From positions 1 through 43,386 of the forward strand of contig JBATTI010000162.1 in assembly GCA_049670445.1 (NCBI GenBank): DNA of 43,386 nucleotides, in the 5' to 3' direction. Below, one piece after another: positions 10,431 to 20,443 of this stretch. The position numbers and the translations under genes were made by a program. Positions within the stretch are counted from its first letter, which is position 1; every line of letters begins with the position of its first letter. A model generated the notes under the pieces. The model searched no databases, had not been told where the DNA came from, and worked only from the letters and a program-made list of their open reading frames with translations. The stretch is from Albidovulum sp. Its GTDB lineage: Bacteria > Pseudomonadota > Alphaproteobacteria > Rhodobacterales > Rhodobacteraceae.

Positions 10431-10462
10431 TGGCAAGGCTTGTGGCAAGGCTTGTGGCAAGG
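10431..10462. repeat. Short tandem repeat, 12-bp unit TGGCAAGGCTTG, about 2.7 copies
   Basis: TGGCAAGGCTTG TGGCAAGGCTTG TGGCAAGG read directly in the mptA-mptB spacer. Confidence 0.9.
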
Positions 10463-10472
10463 ATGATCTGGT

Positions 10473-10499
10473 GGGCCCGCCCATAGTGCAGGCGGGCCC
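10473..10499 (-). terminator. Intercistronic stem-loop after the solute-binding protein gene
   Basis: GGGCCCGCC-N9-GGCGGGCCC, a perfect 9-bp stem 17 nt past the mptA stop; no U-tract. Confidence 0.6.
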
Positions 10500-10516
10500 G
10501 GTCAAGCGGTTAGCCC

Positions 10517-11962
10517 TTAGTGCAGGCCAGCTTCGCCAAGCTGCCGGTTCACGGACTCGGCCAGCATATCAAGCCCCTCATCGACAGGCACCTCATTGGC
10601 AACCATCTTTTGCAAGGTCTCCGCCCATTCTGTTGTCAGATCAAAGAACAACGGTTGCGGGGTGAACTTGATCGACGCGCCCGGCGCCGAGGCGTCGTGC
10701 ATCTCGACATAGCCGGGATAGGAGGCCGACAGCTTGTTGCGGAACATCTCATCCGCCCAAACCGACGAACGCGCGGGGTTCACAAGGTCCATGTCGCGGG
10801 CGCCGAACAGATCATGCTCGGGGCCGGTGACCCATTGCAAGAAGTACCAGGCCGCGTCCTTGTTGGCCGAGAACTTTGACATGGCCATCGACCAGATCCA
10901 GATATTCGGCGTAGGTGCTGCGGCCGCAGGGTTGGCCGCAAACCCGGCAAAGGCAAGGTTACCGGCCTCGGCATTGTCGCCGCCGTTCATGAAATAGCCA
11001 AGGATGTCGGCGTCAAACATCATCGCCGACTTGCCCGCGCCCACATCGGTGCCAACCTGATACCAGGTGTGGGTTGACCAGTCCGGCGCGCCGGAATCCT
11101 GGATCATCTTGACCCATTTTGCGTGGTATTCCTTGGACACAGCCGTGTTCATCGCCGCCGACAACATGCCATCGGCCCCCACCGTCAGATCAACCTCGCC
11201 AAAGTTGGAGTAGCCCGACAAGAACCCCGGGTGGATCGTCGCCCAGCTGCGCGAGCCACGCACACCGATGCCGTAGCCCCCTGCCATAACCGCCTTGGCC
11301 GCCGCTGCGGTATCAAGCAATTCATCGATGTTGGTCGGCACCGACAGACCGTTCGCATCAAAGATACGCTTGTTGTAGGACAGGTTGTTCTGCTCGTAGG
11401 CCAGCGGGATACACCACTGCTTGGCATCATCCGACCCGATTGCAGCACCGGGCACACCGCTCCAGGCGCAAGACTTGCGCACGCCTTCCAGCACGTCATC
11501 CCATGCGTAATCCGGGTTGGTCTTGGTGTCGTCCATGATCCAGTCATTCAGATCCTCGACCCAGCCCGCGGGGCCATAGGTCCAGGTCATGTAAGCGCCG
11601 GTCATGAAGGCGTCATATTCGCTTGATCCGGATGACAGGGCCGCCGTCACCTTGTCAAAATACACGTCTTCCGGGAAGACATCATATTGTACGTCCATGC
11701 CGGTCAGCGCCTTGAAGTTTTCAAGGTTTGCAATCATCGCATCGGTATAGGGATGCTGGTTCAGCAGCAGGCGCACGGTTGTGCCTTCGTGCTTTTTCCA
11801 GTCAAAGCCGTTTTGCGCCAGCGCCCGCGTGGCCGAGGCATTCACCAAGACCGCCGCCGCCGAGGTGCTCAGGCCAAGCGCGCCCAGCCCCTTGAACAAC
11901 TCGCGGCGGCTTACTTTTCCCGCCGTGTAGCTATCAATCAGCCTGTTTTCCTTATCATACAT
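10517..11962 (-). CDS. mptA: Polyol ABC transporter solute-binding protein with Tat signal
   Basis: SRRELFK twin-arginine motif, hydrophobic stretch and ALA cleavage site; family-1 SBP size and features. Confidence 0.9.
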   Translation of the reverse strand: MYDKENRLIDSYTAGKVSRRELFKGLGALGLSTSAAAVLVNASATRALAQNGFDWKKHEGTTVRLLLNQHPYTDAMIANLENFKALTGMDVQYDVFPEDVYFDKVTAALSSGSSEYDAFMTGAYMTWTYGPAGWVEDLNDWIMDDTKTNPDYAWDDVLEGVRKSCAWSGVPGAAIGSDDAKQWCIPLAYEQNNLSYNKRIFDANGLSVPTNIDELLDTAAAAKAVMAGGYGIGVRGSRSWATIHPGFLSGYSNFGEVDLTVGADGMLSAAMNTAVSKEYHAKWVKMIQDSGAPDWSTHTWYQVGTDVGAGKSAMMFDADILGYFMNGGDNAEAGNLAFAGFAANPAAAAPTPNIWIWSMAMSKFSANKDAAWYFLQWVTGPEHDLFGARDMDLVNPARSSVWADEMFRNKLSASYPGYVEMHDASAPGASIKFTPQPLFFDLTTEWAETLQKMVANEVPVDEGLDMLAESVNRQLGEAGLH

Positions 11963-11993
11963 TCAAGTATCCTCCCATAATGTCCTGTCTGGA

Positions 11994-12950
11994 CTATTGG
12001 TTTAACAGCGCGATTGCCGTGCGCTCATCGGTGATGAGGCCGCTAAGACAGCCATTCATCAAAACAGATCGGATCGCGCCGACCTTCTCGCTGCCGCCCG
12101 CGATGGCGACGATCTTGTTGCCGCCAAGCTGATCCAGCCCGACCGACAGGGTTCTTTCCGTCAATGTTGTCCGGACCTGCCGACCCGTCGCGTCAAAGAA
12201 ATGCCCCAGCAATTCGCCGACACCCCCCTTGGCAATGACATCCTTTATTTCGTCCATCTCGATCATGCCCGACGACACCAGCGACGCATCGGGCTCTGTC
12301 GTGCCGATACTGACCACCTTCAGCCTTGCATTCGCCGCCATCTCGAACACCTTGGATACGCCGCGCTGGTTCAGCAGCACCTCGCGGTCTTCGACGGTAT
12401 TGGCGAAAAACGGCACCGGCATCACATAGGCCGTGGCCCCGGTCTTTTCCGTCAGCCGGGCCATCACGTCATGCGGCGTGGCCGAGTAATTCCGCGTGAG
12501 CCCCCCCAGGAGAGAGACGAATTTCGCGGTGCTGCAATCGGACCGGCTCATCTGCGCAACGGATGCCGCCAAAGTGCGGCCGTGACCGATCCCGATACAG
12601 TCATGATCGCCGTTTTCGATCTCGCGCTTCAGGAAGGATGCCCCGGCGACGGACAGGGTCCGCAACGGCAGCCCCTCTTCCCCCAAATCCGGCGCAACCT
12701 CACAGGTCTTCAATCCGAACTTCTCTGACAATGCGTTTTCCAAGGCGATACATTCAGAAATATCCCCCTCGATCGTGACCTTGACCAAGCCATCCTGCAC
12801 CGCGCGCGCGATCAGGCGGTGGGCCTTGACCGACGGCACACCAAGCCTCTGTGCAACCGACGCTTGGGTCAGGCCTCCTGCATAGTGCAACCAGGCGGCA
12901 CGCACGGAAAGGCTCGCCTCACTCGCCGCCTTTTCCGCCGTCAGCGCCAT
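11994..12950 (-). CDS. eryD: SorC/DeoR-type sugar-binding transcriptional regulator
   Basis: N-terminal HTH (AAWLHYAGGLTQASVAQRLGV) plus sugar-binding domain (IGHGRTL, GELLGHFFD, LITDE). Start at MALTAEK. Confidence 0.88.
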   Translation of the reverse strand: MALTAEKAASEASLSVRAAWLHYAGGLTQASVAQRLGVPSVKAHRLIARAVQDGLVKVTIEGDISECIALENALSEKFGLKTCEVAPDLGEEGLPLRTLSVAGASFLKREIENGDHDCIGIGHGRTLAASVAQMSRSDCSTAKFVSLLGGLTRNYSATPHDVMARLTEKTGATAYVMPVPFFANTVEDREVLLNQRGVSKVFEMAANARLKVVSIGTTEPDASLVSSGMIEMDEIKDVIAKGGVGELLGHFFDATGRQVRTTLTERTLSVGLDQLGGNKIVAIAGGSEKVGAIRSVLMNGCLSGLITDERTAIALLNQ

Positions 12951-13005
12951 GCTTCCCCCACACAATGCGGGCCGGTTGCGACAGCCCCAATTGCAGTTTG
13001 ATATT

Positions 13006-13024
13006 TTTTACATTGTATGTAAAA
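13006..13024. promoter_or_regulatory. Candidate EryD operator
   Basis: Perfect inverted repeat TTTTACAT-TGT-ATGTAAAA in the AT-rich segment about 55 bp upstream of eryD. Confidence 0.6.
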
Positions 13025-13546
13025 TTTTGCACGAAGGGCGGCATGTGTCAACACAATCATACGCCGCAGCGCAGAAAGCGTCGGCCCAAGAGACGTGTTT
13101 TCTCGGTTTGCGTGGGATTGCCAATCTGGCAGTTCATTGGCGAATGAAACAATTGCAAAAACGGCAAAAGCCGAAGCACGCCCCTAAGGACATCTGTCGC
13201 GCGGAACTATTTCTCGGGTCGACGAGGATCGTTCAAAACCCTGTTGAATCAACCTTTTTTGCAAGGCACCGCAGGTGTTTCTCGTTTCAACTCGGAATGA
13301 TCGACAAAAATTATCGCCGCAAAGAACACCCTGCCATAGACGGCAGATCTTTCTGAGCGATCGCCGGATACCCAGCAGTGCAAATTGATGATCGCCCGGA
13401 TGGGCGACTGGTGAGCGCATGACCGGATACTTGTCCCGAGGTTCCTGTTCGGCAACCTAACTTCGAAATTGTCCCGTCAACAATAGGCGCTTCGATCTCA
13501 TTACGAAGCGAACTGTCACGACGCTTTTGGTTGACAGAAGAAGGGC

Positions 13547-15064
13547 TTAGCGTGCCCTCAGATCTTCCGGCAGCAAAGTTTCCGGGATGTTCTGAAAGCA
13601 AACCGGCCGGAGAAAGCGGCGGATTGACAAGGTTCCGACGGACGTCGCGCCGAAATTGGTTGAGGCAGGATAGGGCCCGCCATGCACCATCGAGTTGCAC
13701 ACTTCGACACCCGTAGGAAATCCGTTGGCCAGAACACGCCCGGCCTTGCGTTCGAGAATGGGCAAGAATGGAGCCGCATCACCGTAGTCTTCTGCGTCCA
13801 TATGCAAGGTGCAGGTCAACTGACCTTGCAAGGCAAGGGCAACTTGGCGCATTTCGGCAAGGGATTGCGCGGTAACGATCATGCCAAGGGGGCCAAAGAC
13901 CTCTTCCTCAAGAACCGTATTGGCCAGCCAGTTCGCTGCAGTTGTTTCATAAAGATATGGCGTGGCATTGCGCAGATCGCAGGTTGAGGTCAGAATTTCG
14001 CGCACGCCGCTTGTGGCTGCAATCCGCTTTTGCCCGTCACGGTAGGCCGAAGCAATCCCATCGGTCAGCATGGTCTGGCCTGTGACGCCTGACAAAGCAG
14101 CCGCTGTCACATCGGCAAATCGCCGGGCATTTTCGCCGGCAAGAACAACGGCGATGCCCGGATTGGTACAAAACTGGCCTGCCCCCATGACCAGGGACCC
14201 CGCCCAGCCTTTGGCGATTTCCGCGCCGCGCGCGGCACAGGCGTTTGCAAATATGAACATCGGATTGACTGACCCCAATTCGCCGAAAAACGGAATCGGT
14301 TCGGGACGTGCCGCGCAAAGGTCAAACAAGGCGCGCCCACCGGTCAGCGAACCGGTGAAGCCAACTGCCTTGATCAGCGGGTGCTGCACAAGCGCGGTGC
14401 CGACATCCCGCTTGCCGCCTTGTATCAAGCTGAAGACACCGGGGTGCAGCTTGCAAACCTGAATTGCGGCATGGATTGCTTCTGCAACGATTTCGCTGGT
14501 GCCCGGGTGGGCGCTGTGGCCTTTCACAACAACCGGGCAACCCGCCGCAAGCGCCGCTGCGGTGTCTCCGCCAGCGGTTGAAAACGCCAAAGGGAAATTC
14601 GATGCGCCGAACACCGCCACGGGGCCGATGGGACGCTGAATCATTTTCAAATCCGGGCGCGGCAGTGGGTGTCGATCTGGCAATGCCTCATCGTGGCTCC
14701 GGTCCAAATAGGCGCCCGAAAGGACGTGATCTGCGAACAAGCGCAATTGCCCGGTCGTGCGGCCCCGTTCTCCCATCAGGCGCATCTCGGGCAATCCGGT
14801 CTCGGCGCAACCGATCTGAGTGATCTGGGCGGCACGTGCATCAATCTCATCTGCAATCGCGTTCAAAAAGGCCGCGCGGGTCTCTCGGCTGGCATAGCCA
14901 AAACTCCAGAACGCCTCTTCGGCACTTGTCGCGGCCGCTTCAACGTCGCTTAGGCGGCCGACGGAAAAGGAATGCGCGGCCCCGGAAGCCGGAGATGAAG
15001 CGAATGTCTCTTCCCCTTCAACCCAGGTGCCGGCGATCAGGTGTTTTCCATGGGGGTGAAACAA
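13547..15064 (-). CDS. Alpha-ketoglutarate semialdehyde dehydrogenase (NAD(P)+ ALDH)
   Basis: VFGASNFPLAFSTAGGDTA, GFTGS, GELGS, GQFCTNPG (catalytic Cys), HGGPYPAS. TTG start after AAGGAGG. Terminal step of 4-Hyp catabolism. Confidence 0.9.
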   Translation of the reverse strand: MFHPHGKHLIAGTWVEGEETFASSPASGAAHSFSVGRLSDVEAAATSAEEAFWSFGYASRETRAAFLNAIADEIDARAAQITQIGCAETGLPEMRLMGERGRTTGQLRLFADHVLSGAYLDRSHDEALPDRHPLPRPDLKMIQRPIGPVAVFGASNFPLAFSTAGGDTAAALAAGCPVVVKGHSAHPGTSEIVAEAIHAAIQVCKLHPGVFSLIQGGKRDVGTALVQHPLIKAVGFTGSLTGGRALFDLCAARPEPIPFFGELGSVNPMFIFANACAARGAEIAKGWAGSLVMGAGQFCTNPGIAVVLAGENARRFADVTAAALSGVTGQTMLTDGIASAYRDGQKRIAATSGVREILTSTCDLRNATPYLYETTAANWLANTVLEEEVFGPLGMIVTAQSLAEMRQVALALQGQLTCTLHMDAEDYGDAAPFLPILERKAGRVLANGFPTGVEVCNSMVHGGPYPASTNFGATSVGTLSIRRFLRPVCFQNIPETLLPEDLRAR

Positions 15065-15110
15065 TTTCGGGCCTCCTTATTAGCGCTCAGCCGTCGTGAC
15101 TGCAATTTGT

Positions 15111-15123
15111 GGATATTGTATCC
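15111..15123. promoter_or_regulatory. Candidate GntR (HypR) operator upstream of the ALDH
   Basis: GGATA-TTG-TATCC palindrome; related motifs at 15880, 15969 and 24425. Confidence 0.65.
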
Positions 15124-15183
15124 CAAATGCAAGCGGACACAAGGCCAGTTCACGCAAATGCGCGCTTGCTTGCGCAAATTCGC

Positions 15184-15864
15184 TCAGGCCTCGGTGGCGA
15201 CGCGGTTCTCAGCGACAAGTCGCAAAAGCTGATCCCTTGTACGGCTGATATGATCGGACAAAGCCAAACATCCGCCTTCGATGTCGCGGGCCTGCGCCAG
15301 CTTCAACAGATCGCGGTGCTCTTTTTTGGCCGGTTCGCGCTGCTTCATGACACTCAGATGCATGCGCACATACCGATCCGAATGCAGGCTGATGCCCTGC
15401 AGTAATTCGTTGGTCCGTTTGCGATCGGCTGCGGAATATAGGGCCGCATGATATTTGAAGTTCAAAGCACCCCACTTGCCAACATCGTCGGCATCGTATG
15501 ACCCTTCCATTTCTTCCAAAATAGCCTCGCAGTGGGAAAAGTCCGTCGAGGTCATTGCCGGAATGGCCCTGCGGAACAGATCGACCTCAATCAGAATGCG
15601 AAGGTCAAAAATCTCACCTATTTCGCGCAAGGAATGCTTGGTCACGGACGCGCGTCGATTGGTGGCCAATTGCACCAGACCTTCTGAATCCAGCCGCTTC
15701 AGCGCCTCGCGGATCGGCATGCGCGAAACATCATATTCCTGCGCCAATGCCTCTTGCCGGATGGTTTCACCCTCTGCCAATTCGCCGCTGAGAATACGCT
15801 CGCGAATGTCGTCTGCAATGACATCGGGCAGACTGCTTCTTTCGATTGCGCGTTTGATTTTCAT
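15184..15864 (-). CDS. hypR: GntR-family (FCD domain) regulator of hydroxyproline catabolism
   Basis: wHTH (IRQEALAQEYDVSRMPIREAL) plus FCD domain (NFKYH...EHRDLL); embedded in the Hyp cluster. Confidence 0.8.
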   Translation of the reverse strand: MKIKRAIERSSLPDVIADDIRERILSGELAEGETIRQEALAQEYDVSRMPIREALKRLDSEGLVQLATNRRASVTKHSLREIGEIFDLRILIEVDLFRRAIPAMTSTDFSHCEAILEEMEGSYDADDVGKWGALNFKYHAALYSAADRKRTNELLQGISLHSDRYVRMHLSVMKQREPAKKEHRDLLKLAQARDIEGGCLALSDHISRTRDQLLRLVAENRVATEA

Positions 15865-15879
15865 TTGGGCACTCGATCA

Positions 15880-15900
15880 TATTGTATTTCGGATACAATA
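15880..15900. promoter_or_regulatory. Candidate GntR operator upstream of the regulator (autoregulation)
   Basis: TATTGTAT-TTCGG-ATACAATA; contains GGATACAATA, also present on the minus strand of the 15111 site. Confidence 0.65.
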
Positions 15901-15968
15901 GCGCTTCAGGCCGGTTTTTCAACCTGAAACCAAGAATGGTCGGGCATGACAGACTGAAGGAAAGGCAA

Positions 15969-15987
15969 TCTGTATATCGTATCCAGA
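15969..15987. promoter_or_regulatory. Second candidate GntR operator upstream of the regulator
   Basis: TCTGTATA-TCG-TATCCAGA imperfect palindrome matching the same consensus. Confidence 0.55.
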
Positions 15988-16051
15988 AATATTGTGGCGC
16001 GCGGCGGAATGGGCGCCGCCGTGCAGGTTGGCCTGTGGGCCTTTCTTGTGA

Positions 16052-17077
16052 TTACGCGCCCCAGGTATCGCTAAGCCGGTAACCACCGGGCCAGGGGTCA
16101 TCGGGGTCCAGCATGTGTTGATGCGTACCGGTGATCCAGGCGCGGCCGCTGATTTCGGGCACAATGGCCGGGCGGTCCCCCACCTGAACCTCAGCCGCAA
16201 TGCGCCCGGTAAAGCGTGACCCGATGATCGAGATCGCTTCAAATGTCTGCCCGATCTGCATCTGCCCTTTGGCCGCCATCAGCGCCATGCGGGCCGATAC
16301 GGCCGTGCCCGTTGGCGAACGGTCAACCTTTCCCGGCTGGATCGCCACGGCAGACCGGCCTGACAGGCCGGTCTCTGTCTTACTCAGAGGTCCGCAGAAG
16401 GCACAAAAGGATATGTGGTTCCAATCGGGGTTTTCGGGATGGATAAAGCCAAGCTGTTCGGTGGCTGCGTGGGCGATGGCCATGCCCTTGCGCGCGATAT
16501 CCTTGGCTTCACTCTCGACAATCTCGAACCCAAGGGTTGCGGCGTCCACCACCACGAAACTGTCGCCGCCATAGGCCGTATCCACCGTCAGCGTCCCGAT
16601 GCCGGGAACCTCTAGCGGCACGGCAATCTTTCCGGCAAAACTTGGAAGGTTTTGCACAAAAATCCGCTCGGCTTTACCATTGCGGCAGGTTGCGCGAACC
16701 CGAACAAGCCCGCCGGGTGCTTCCAGCGTCAGGCGGGTTTCCGGCTCGGTCATGGGAATAATACCACTGTCCAGCAGCACCGTTGCCACACAGATCGAGT
16801 TTGAGCCGGACATCGGTGGATCAAATTCCGGCTCCATGATGATAAAGCCCATATCCGCTTCCGGATGTTTTGGCGGCACCAGCAGATTGACGTGTCGAAA
16901 CACGCCGCCACGCGGTTCGTTCAGCACGAAATTGCGCAAGGTCTGATCCTTGGAGATGAAGGATCGTTGCTCCCACAGGGTGTTTCCCGGCGGCGGGGCA
17001 ACCCCTCCGACGATCACGTCGCCCACTTCACCCTCGGCGTGGGCCGAGATGACATGAATGGTTTTGCTGCTGCGCAT
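16052..17077 (-). CDS. Proline racemase-family trans-3-hydroxy-L-proline dehydratase (Ser/Thr type)
   Basis: [18 protein letters not shown] and DRSPTGT: both catalytic Cys positions are replaced (Ser/Thr). Start at MRSSKTIH after GAAGGGGG. Confidence 0.8.
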   Translation of the reverse strand: MRSSKTIHVISAHAEGEVGDVIVGGVAPPPGNTLWEQRSFISKDQTLRNFVLNEPRGGVFRHVNLLVPPKHPEADMGFIIMEPEFDPPMSGSNSICVATVLLDSGIIPMTEPETRLTLEAPGGLVRVRATCRNGKAERIFVQNLPSFAGKIAVPLEVPGIGTLTVDTAYGGDSFVVVDAATLGFEIVESEAKDIARKGMAIAHAATEQLGFIHPENPDWNHISFCAFCGPLSKTETGLSGRSAVAIQPGKVDRSPTGTAVSARMALMAAKGQMQIGQTFEAISIIGSRFTGRIAAEVQVGDRPAIVPEISGRAWITGTHQHMLDPDDPWPGGYRLSDTWGA

Positions 17078-17087
17078 GATGCCCCCT

Positions 17088-18191
17088 TCAGGAATAGCTG
17101 GCCACGGGCGCACCCAAGGCGTCGAAGATCGGTGTGATCCCAAGCCCCGGACGATCAGAGGCTGTCATTCGCCCATTGACGCGCTTGGGTGCGCCCTTGG
17201 CGATATCGACGGTGCCGTAGCTGTTGAAATCGGTGGCCGAAAAGGTGAATTCGGCAGGGGTCGAGCGCGCCAGATGGGCGATGGTCGCGGTGGTAATATC
17301 ACCACCCCAGGTGTCTTCGATGGTCATCGGGATGCCATGTGCGACGCAAAGATCACGCATCAGTTTGGCCTTGGTCAGCCCGCCCACCTTGGAGATCTTG
17401 AGGTTGATCACGTCCATTGCATCTTCGGCGATGGCGCGCACCAAGGTGTTGGGTGTGTCGATCACTTCGTCCAGCACGAAGGGCAGCGCGGTGCGGCGGC
17501 GGATCGAGACGCATTCCTCGTAGGTCAGACAGGGCTGTTCGACATAGACATCCAGCCCCGCGATGGCCCCGACGACCCGTGCGGCCTCATGGCGGGTCCA
17601 GCCGGTGTTGGCGTCCGCCACCAGCAGGTCCGAGGGTTTCAGAACGGAACGGGTTGCGTGTATGCGATCAATATCGTCATTGGCATCGCCTCCGACCTTG
17701 AGCTGGAACTTTGTATAGCCCTCAGCGGCGTAGCCTTCGATCTTTTTGGCCATGATCTCGGGCGCTTCTTGACTGATGGCGCGGTAAAGCACCACATCCT
17801 CCTGCGCGGCACCGCCCAGCAGCGTGTAAACCGGCTGGCCGGTCGCCTGACCCAAAATATCCCAGCATGCAATATCGACCGGCGCTTTGGCATAAGGATG
17901 GCCGCGCAGGGCGGCGTCCATGATGCGGTTGATCTCGCCGATGTTCAGCGGGTCCAGCCCGATCAGGTGCCGCGCCAGTTCGGCCAACCCCGCGCGCACG
18001 CCCAAAGCAAAGGATGGCAGATAGGCCGAACCAAGCGGGCAGCATTCGGCATAGCCGGTCAGGCCTTCATCGGTGGATATTTCCAAAACCGTACTGTCAA
18101 ACACTTCGACGAAATTGCCGTTCGACCAGCTATAGCGTCCCTCTTTCAAGGGCAGATCAACTTGAAAGACGTTGAGTTTGGTGATTTTCAT
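17088..18191 (-). CDS. cis-3-hydroxy-L-proline dehydratase (enolase superfamily, MLE subgroup)
   Basis: [45 protein letters not shown] metal ligands, EDTWGGD. Very similar to the Labrenzia aggregata enzyme as I recall it. Confidence 0.88.
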   Translation of the reverse strand: MKITKLNVFQVDLPLKEGRYSWSNGNFVEVFDSTVLEISTDEGLTGYAECCPLGSAYLPSFALGVRAGLAELARHLIGLDPLNIGEINRIMDAALRGHPYAKAPVDIACWDILGQATGQPVYTLLGGAAQEDVVLYRAISQEAPEIMAKKIEGYAAEGYTKFQLKVGGDANDDIDRIHATRSVLKPSDLLVADANTGWTRHEAARVVGAIAGLDVYVEQPCLTYEECVSIRRRTALPFVLDEVIDTPNTLVRAIAEDAMDVINLKISKVGGLTKAKLMRDLCVAHGIPMTIEDTWGGDITTATIAHLARSTPAEFTFSATDFNSYGTVDIAKGAPKRVNGRMTASDRPGLGITPIFDALGAPVASYS

Positions 18192-18202
18192 GTGTCGTCC
18201 TT

Positions 18203-19450
18203 TCAAAACCGAGTAACAGAATAGGCAGGCATGGGCAGCGCGGGGGCGTCACCAGACATCGTAGCGGCGATCAGTTCTGCGGTGCCTGCGGCCTGCGTCA
18301 ATCCCAGATGCCCGTGGCCAAATGCATAAAAGACTTTGTTGGGCAAATGCCGCGAAGGCCCAATCACGGGCAAGCTGTCAGGCAAAGACGGCCTGAAACC
18401 CATCCAGTGCTTGCCGTTCTCGACCTTCAAGCCCGGCATAAAGCGCTTGGCTTTATTCAAAAGCATCTCAGACCGCTTGTAATTCGGCGGCAGGTTCAGC
18501 CCGCCCAGTTCCACTGCTCCACCAACCCGGACACCGCCATTAATGCGCGACACGACAAACCCATGCCCACCAAAGGTCAGATGCGTGCGCAGATCAAAGG
18601 CACCGGGCGGCAGGGTGGTGTTATAGCCGCGCTCGGTTTCCAATGGCACGGCATCGCCAATCGTATGGGCAAGCCTGTGCGACCATGCTCCGGCGGCGAT
18701 CACAACCTGTTCTGCGCTGATCGGGCCATCAGATGTCTGCACTTCTGCGCCTTCCGCCCCCTGCCCCACGGCCAGCACCTCGACCAGATCGATCTGCCCG
18801 CCACGTGCGCGGAAAATACCCGCCAGATGCTTGGTCCAGGTTTTTGGATCGACAGTATTCATCCATTCCGGCGTGAACCCCGCATGGGTGAAGCGCGGGC
18901 TTAATCCCGGCTGCAGCTCGGCGAGCTGGTCAACCGAGGTCAGCAGATCAAACGCAATGCCGAAGTCGCGGCGCAGGTTCCAGCCCGCCTGACTGGCGCG
19001 AAACTCCTTTTCGCCCTCGTAAAGCTGCAGCTGGCCTTCGCGCACCATCAGATGCTCCCCATCCACATCAGTGATCTGGCGTTCAAGTGCTGCCCGGGAC
19101 AAATCCATCAATTGCGCTTGCGCCTGCATCGACGCATCAAACCGGTCACGCCAGCTGGCCCGCCAGAACCGCAGCATCCATGGCGCAATTTTCAGCGCAT
19201 ATGAGGGGGGCACAGACAGCGGGCCCAGCGGATCAAGCAGCCATTTTGGCGCTTTTCGCATAATCCCCGGCGTCGCCAGCGGCATGATATCTGCAAAGGC
19301 AAACGCCCCGGCGCTGGCGGCCGATGCCTCAGACGCTACACCTGCCCGGTCCAGAATACGGACAGTCCGGCCACGTTTTTGTAGTTCAAGCGCGATGCTG
19401 ATCCCGATGATCCCGGCACCGACGACGATGATCTCAGCCCTGTTGCTCAT
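18203..19450 (-). CDS. FAD-dependent D-amino acid dehydrogenase (cis-4-hydroxy-D-proline dehydrogenase)
   Basis: VGAGIIG FAD motif, [28 protein letters not shown]; context between the Hyp epimerase and the dehydratases. Confidence 0.85.
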   Translation of the reverse strand: MSNRAEIIVVGAGIIGISIALELQKRGRTVRILDRAGVASEASAASAGAFAFADIMPLATPGIMRKAPKWLLDPLGPLSVPPSYALKIAPWMLRFWRASWRDRFDASMQAQAQLMDLSRAALERQITDVDGEHLMVREGQLQLYEGEKEFRASQAGWNLRRDFGIAFDLLTSVDQLAELQPGLSPRFTHAGFTPEWMNTVDPKTWTKHLAGIFRARGGQIDLVEVLAVGQGAEGAEVQTSDGPISAEQVVIAAGAWSHRLAHTIGDAVPLETERGYNTTLPPGAFDLRTHLTFGGHGFVVSRINGGVRVGGAVELGGLNLPPNYKRSEMLLNKAKRFMPGLKVENGKHWMGFRPSLPDSLPVIGPSRHLPNKVFYAFGHGHLGLTQAAGTAELIAATMSGDAPALPMPAYSVTRF

Positions 19451-19480
19451 TTTGTACTACTTGTGGATGGGTTGAAAATG

Positions 19481-20443
19481 TCAGGCAGACGCAGGCTCCG
19501 GCACAGCGGAGACAAGATCAATCCCGTTTCTGAACGGATCGTTTTGACCAAAGAACAAAGTGCTTTCCGCCATGATCCATGCCTGCCCTGTTATCGTCGG
19601 CTTCACTCCGCCGCCAAATCCAGGCTGGTAGGACAGACGGTAAGGCGAACCGATGATGCTTTCTTGCACAATCTCTTCGCCGGCACGCAAAAGCCCGTCG
19701 GCTGCCAGACAGGCCAGCCGCGCCGAGCTGCCGGTGCCGCAGGGCGATCGGTCATAGGCGTCATCGGGGCACAAAACAAAGTTGCGGCTGTGCACGCCCT
19801 TCTTGGGCGAAACCTCCTGAAAGACCACGTGATCAATCGGCTGACCGGCTTCTCCGCCAATCCCCTGCGCCACAGTCGCTGCCCGGATCGCGATGCCCGC
19901 ATCCGTCAACTGACGGATGTTGCGCGGCTCAACCGGGATCGGGCTGGGATCGATGATGAAAAACCAGTTGCCGCCGTAGGCCACATCTCCGGTCACCGTG
20001 CCAAGCCCGTCCACCTCGACAGACACCGCATGGTGCACACGGCGGCTTTCGATATTGGTGACGGTCACTGTGTTGGCATCATTCAGCGTGACCTCGACCA
20101 CGCCCACAGGGGTTTCGATCCGGTGGGTGCCGATGCCGATCCGGCCCATATGCGCCAGTGTCACGACCAGCCCGATCGTGCCATGGCCGCACATACCCAA
20201 AACTGCATCGGCATCAAAATAGATCACCCCGGTCACGCAGCCGGGGTCCACAGGCTTTACCAGCAACGCACCCACCATCGCCGGCTGTCCGCGCGGCTCC
20301 AGCAATACCGACCGATAAAACGCCGAATGCTCCGTTGCCAGAAGGCGGGCGCGGTCGGCCAGCGGGCCCACGCCCAGATCGGGTGCGCCGTCCAGAATTA
20401 CGCGCGTCGGCTCGCCGCCTGTATGGCTGTCGATTACATGCAT
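19481..20443 (-). CDS. 4-hydroxyproline 2-epimerase (proline racemase family, Cys/Cys)
   Basis: IDSHTGGEPTR, GMCGHGTIG, YGGNWF, DRSPCGTG. Confidence 0.9.
   Translation of the reverse strand: MHVIDSHTGGEPTRVILDGAPDLGVGPLADRARLLATEHSAFYRSVLLEPRGQPAMVGALLVKPVDPGCVTGVIYFDADAVLGMCGHGTIGLVVTLAHMGRIGIGTHRIETPVGVVEVTLNDANTVTVTNIESRRVHHAVSVEVDGLGTVTGDVAYGGNWFFIIDPSPIPVEPRNIRQLTDAGIAIRAATVAQGIGGEAGQPIDHVVFQEVSPKKGVHSRNFVLCPDDAYDRSPCGTGSSARLACLAADGLLRAGEEIVQESIIGSPYRLSYQPGFGGGVKPTITGQAWIMAESTLFFGQNDPFRNGIDLVSAVPEPASA

Noticed and set aside
10431..10499. Repeat plus hairpin as a possible CRISPR or REP element
   Set aside because: The units are directly adjacent with no spacers, there are no cas genes, and I noticed no other copy in the window.
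12949..13700. ORFs 12949-13356 (+), 13184-13420 (-) and 13311-13700 (-) in the intergenic gap
   Set aside because: No recognisable domain, atypical composition, and two of them overlap the eryD promoter or the ALDH 3' end.
17088..18191. 4-hydroxyproline-betaine 2-epimerase (HpbD) or muconate cycloisomerase
   Set aside because: Same superfamily, but the N-terminus and context match cis-3-Hyp dehydratase, and there are no betaine demethylase or catechol genes nearby.
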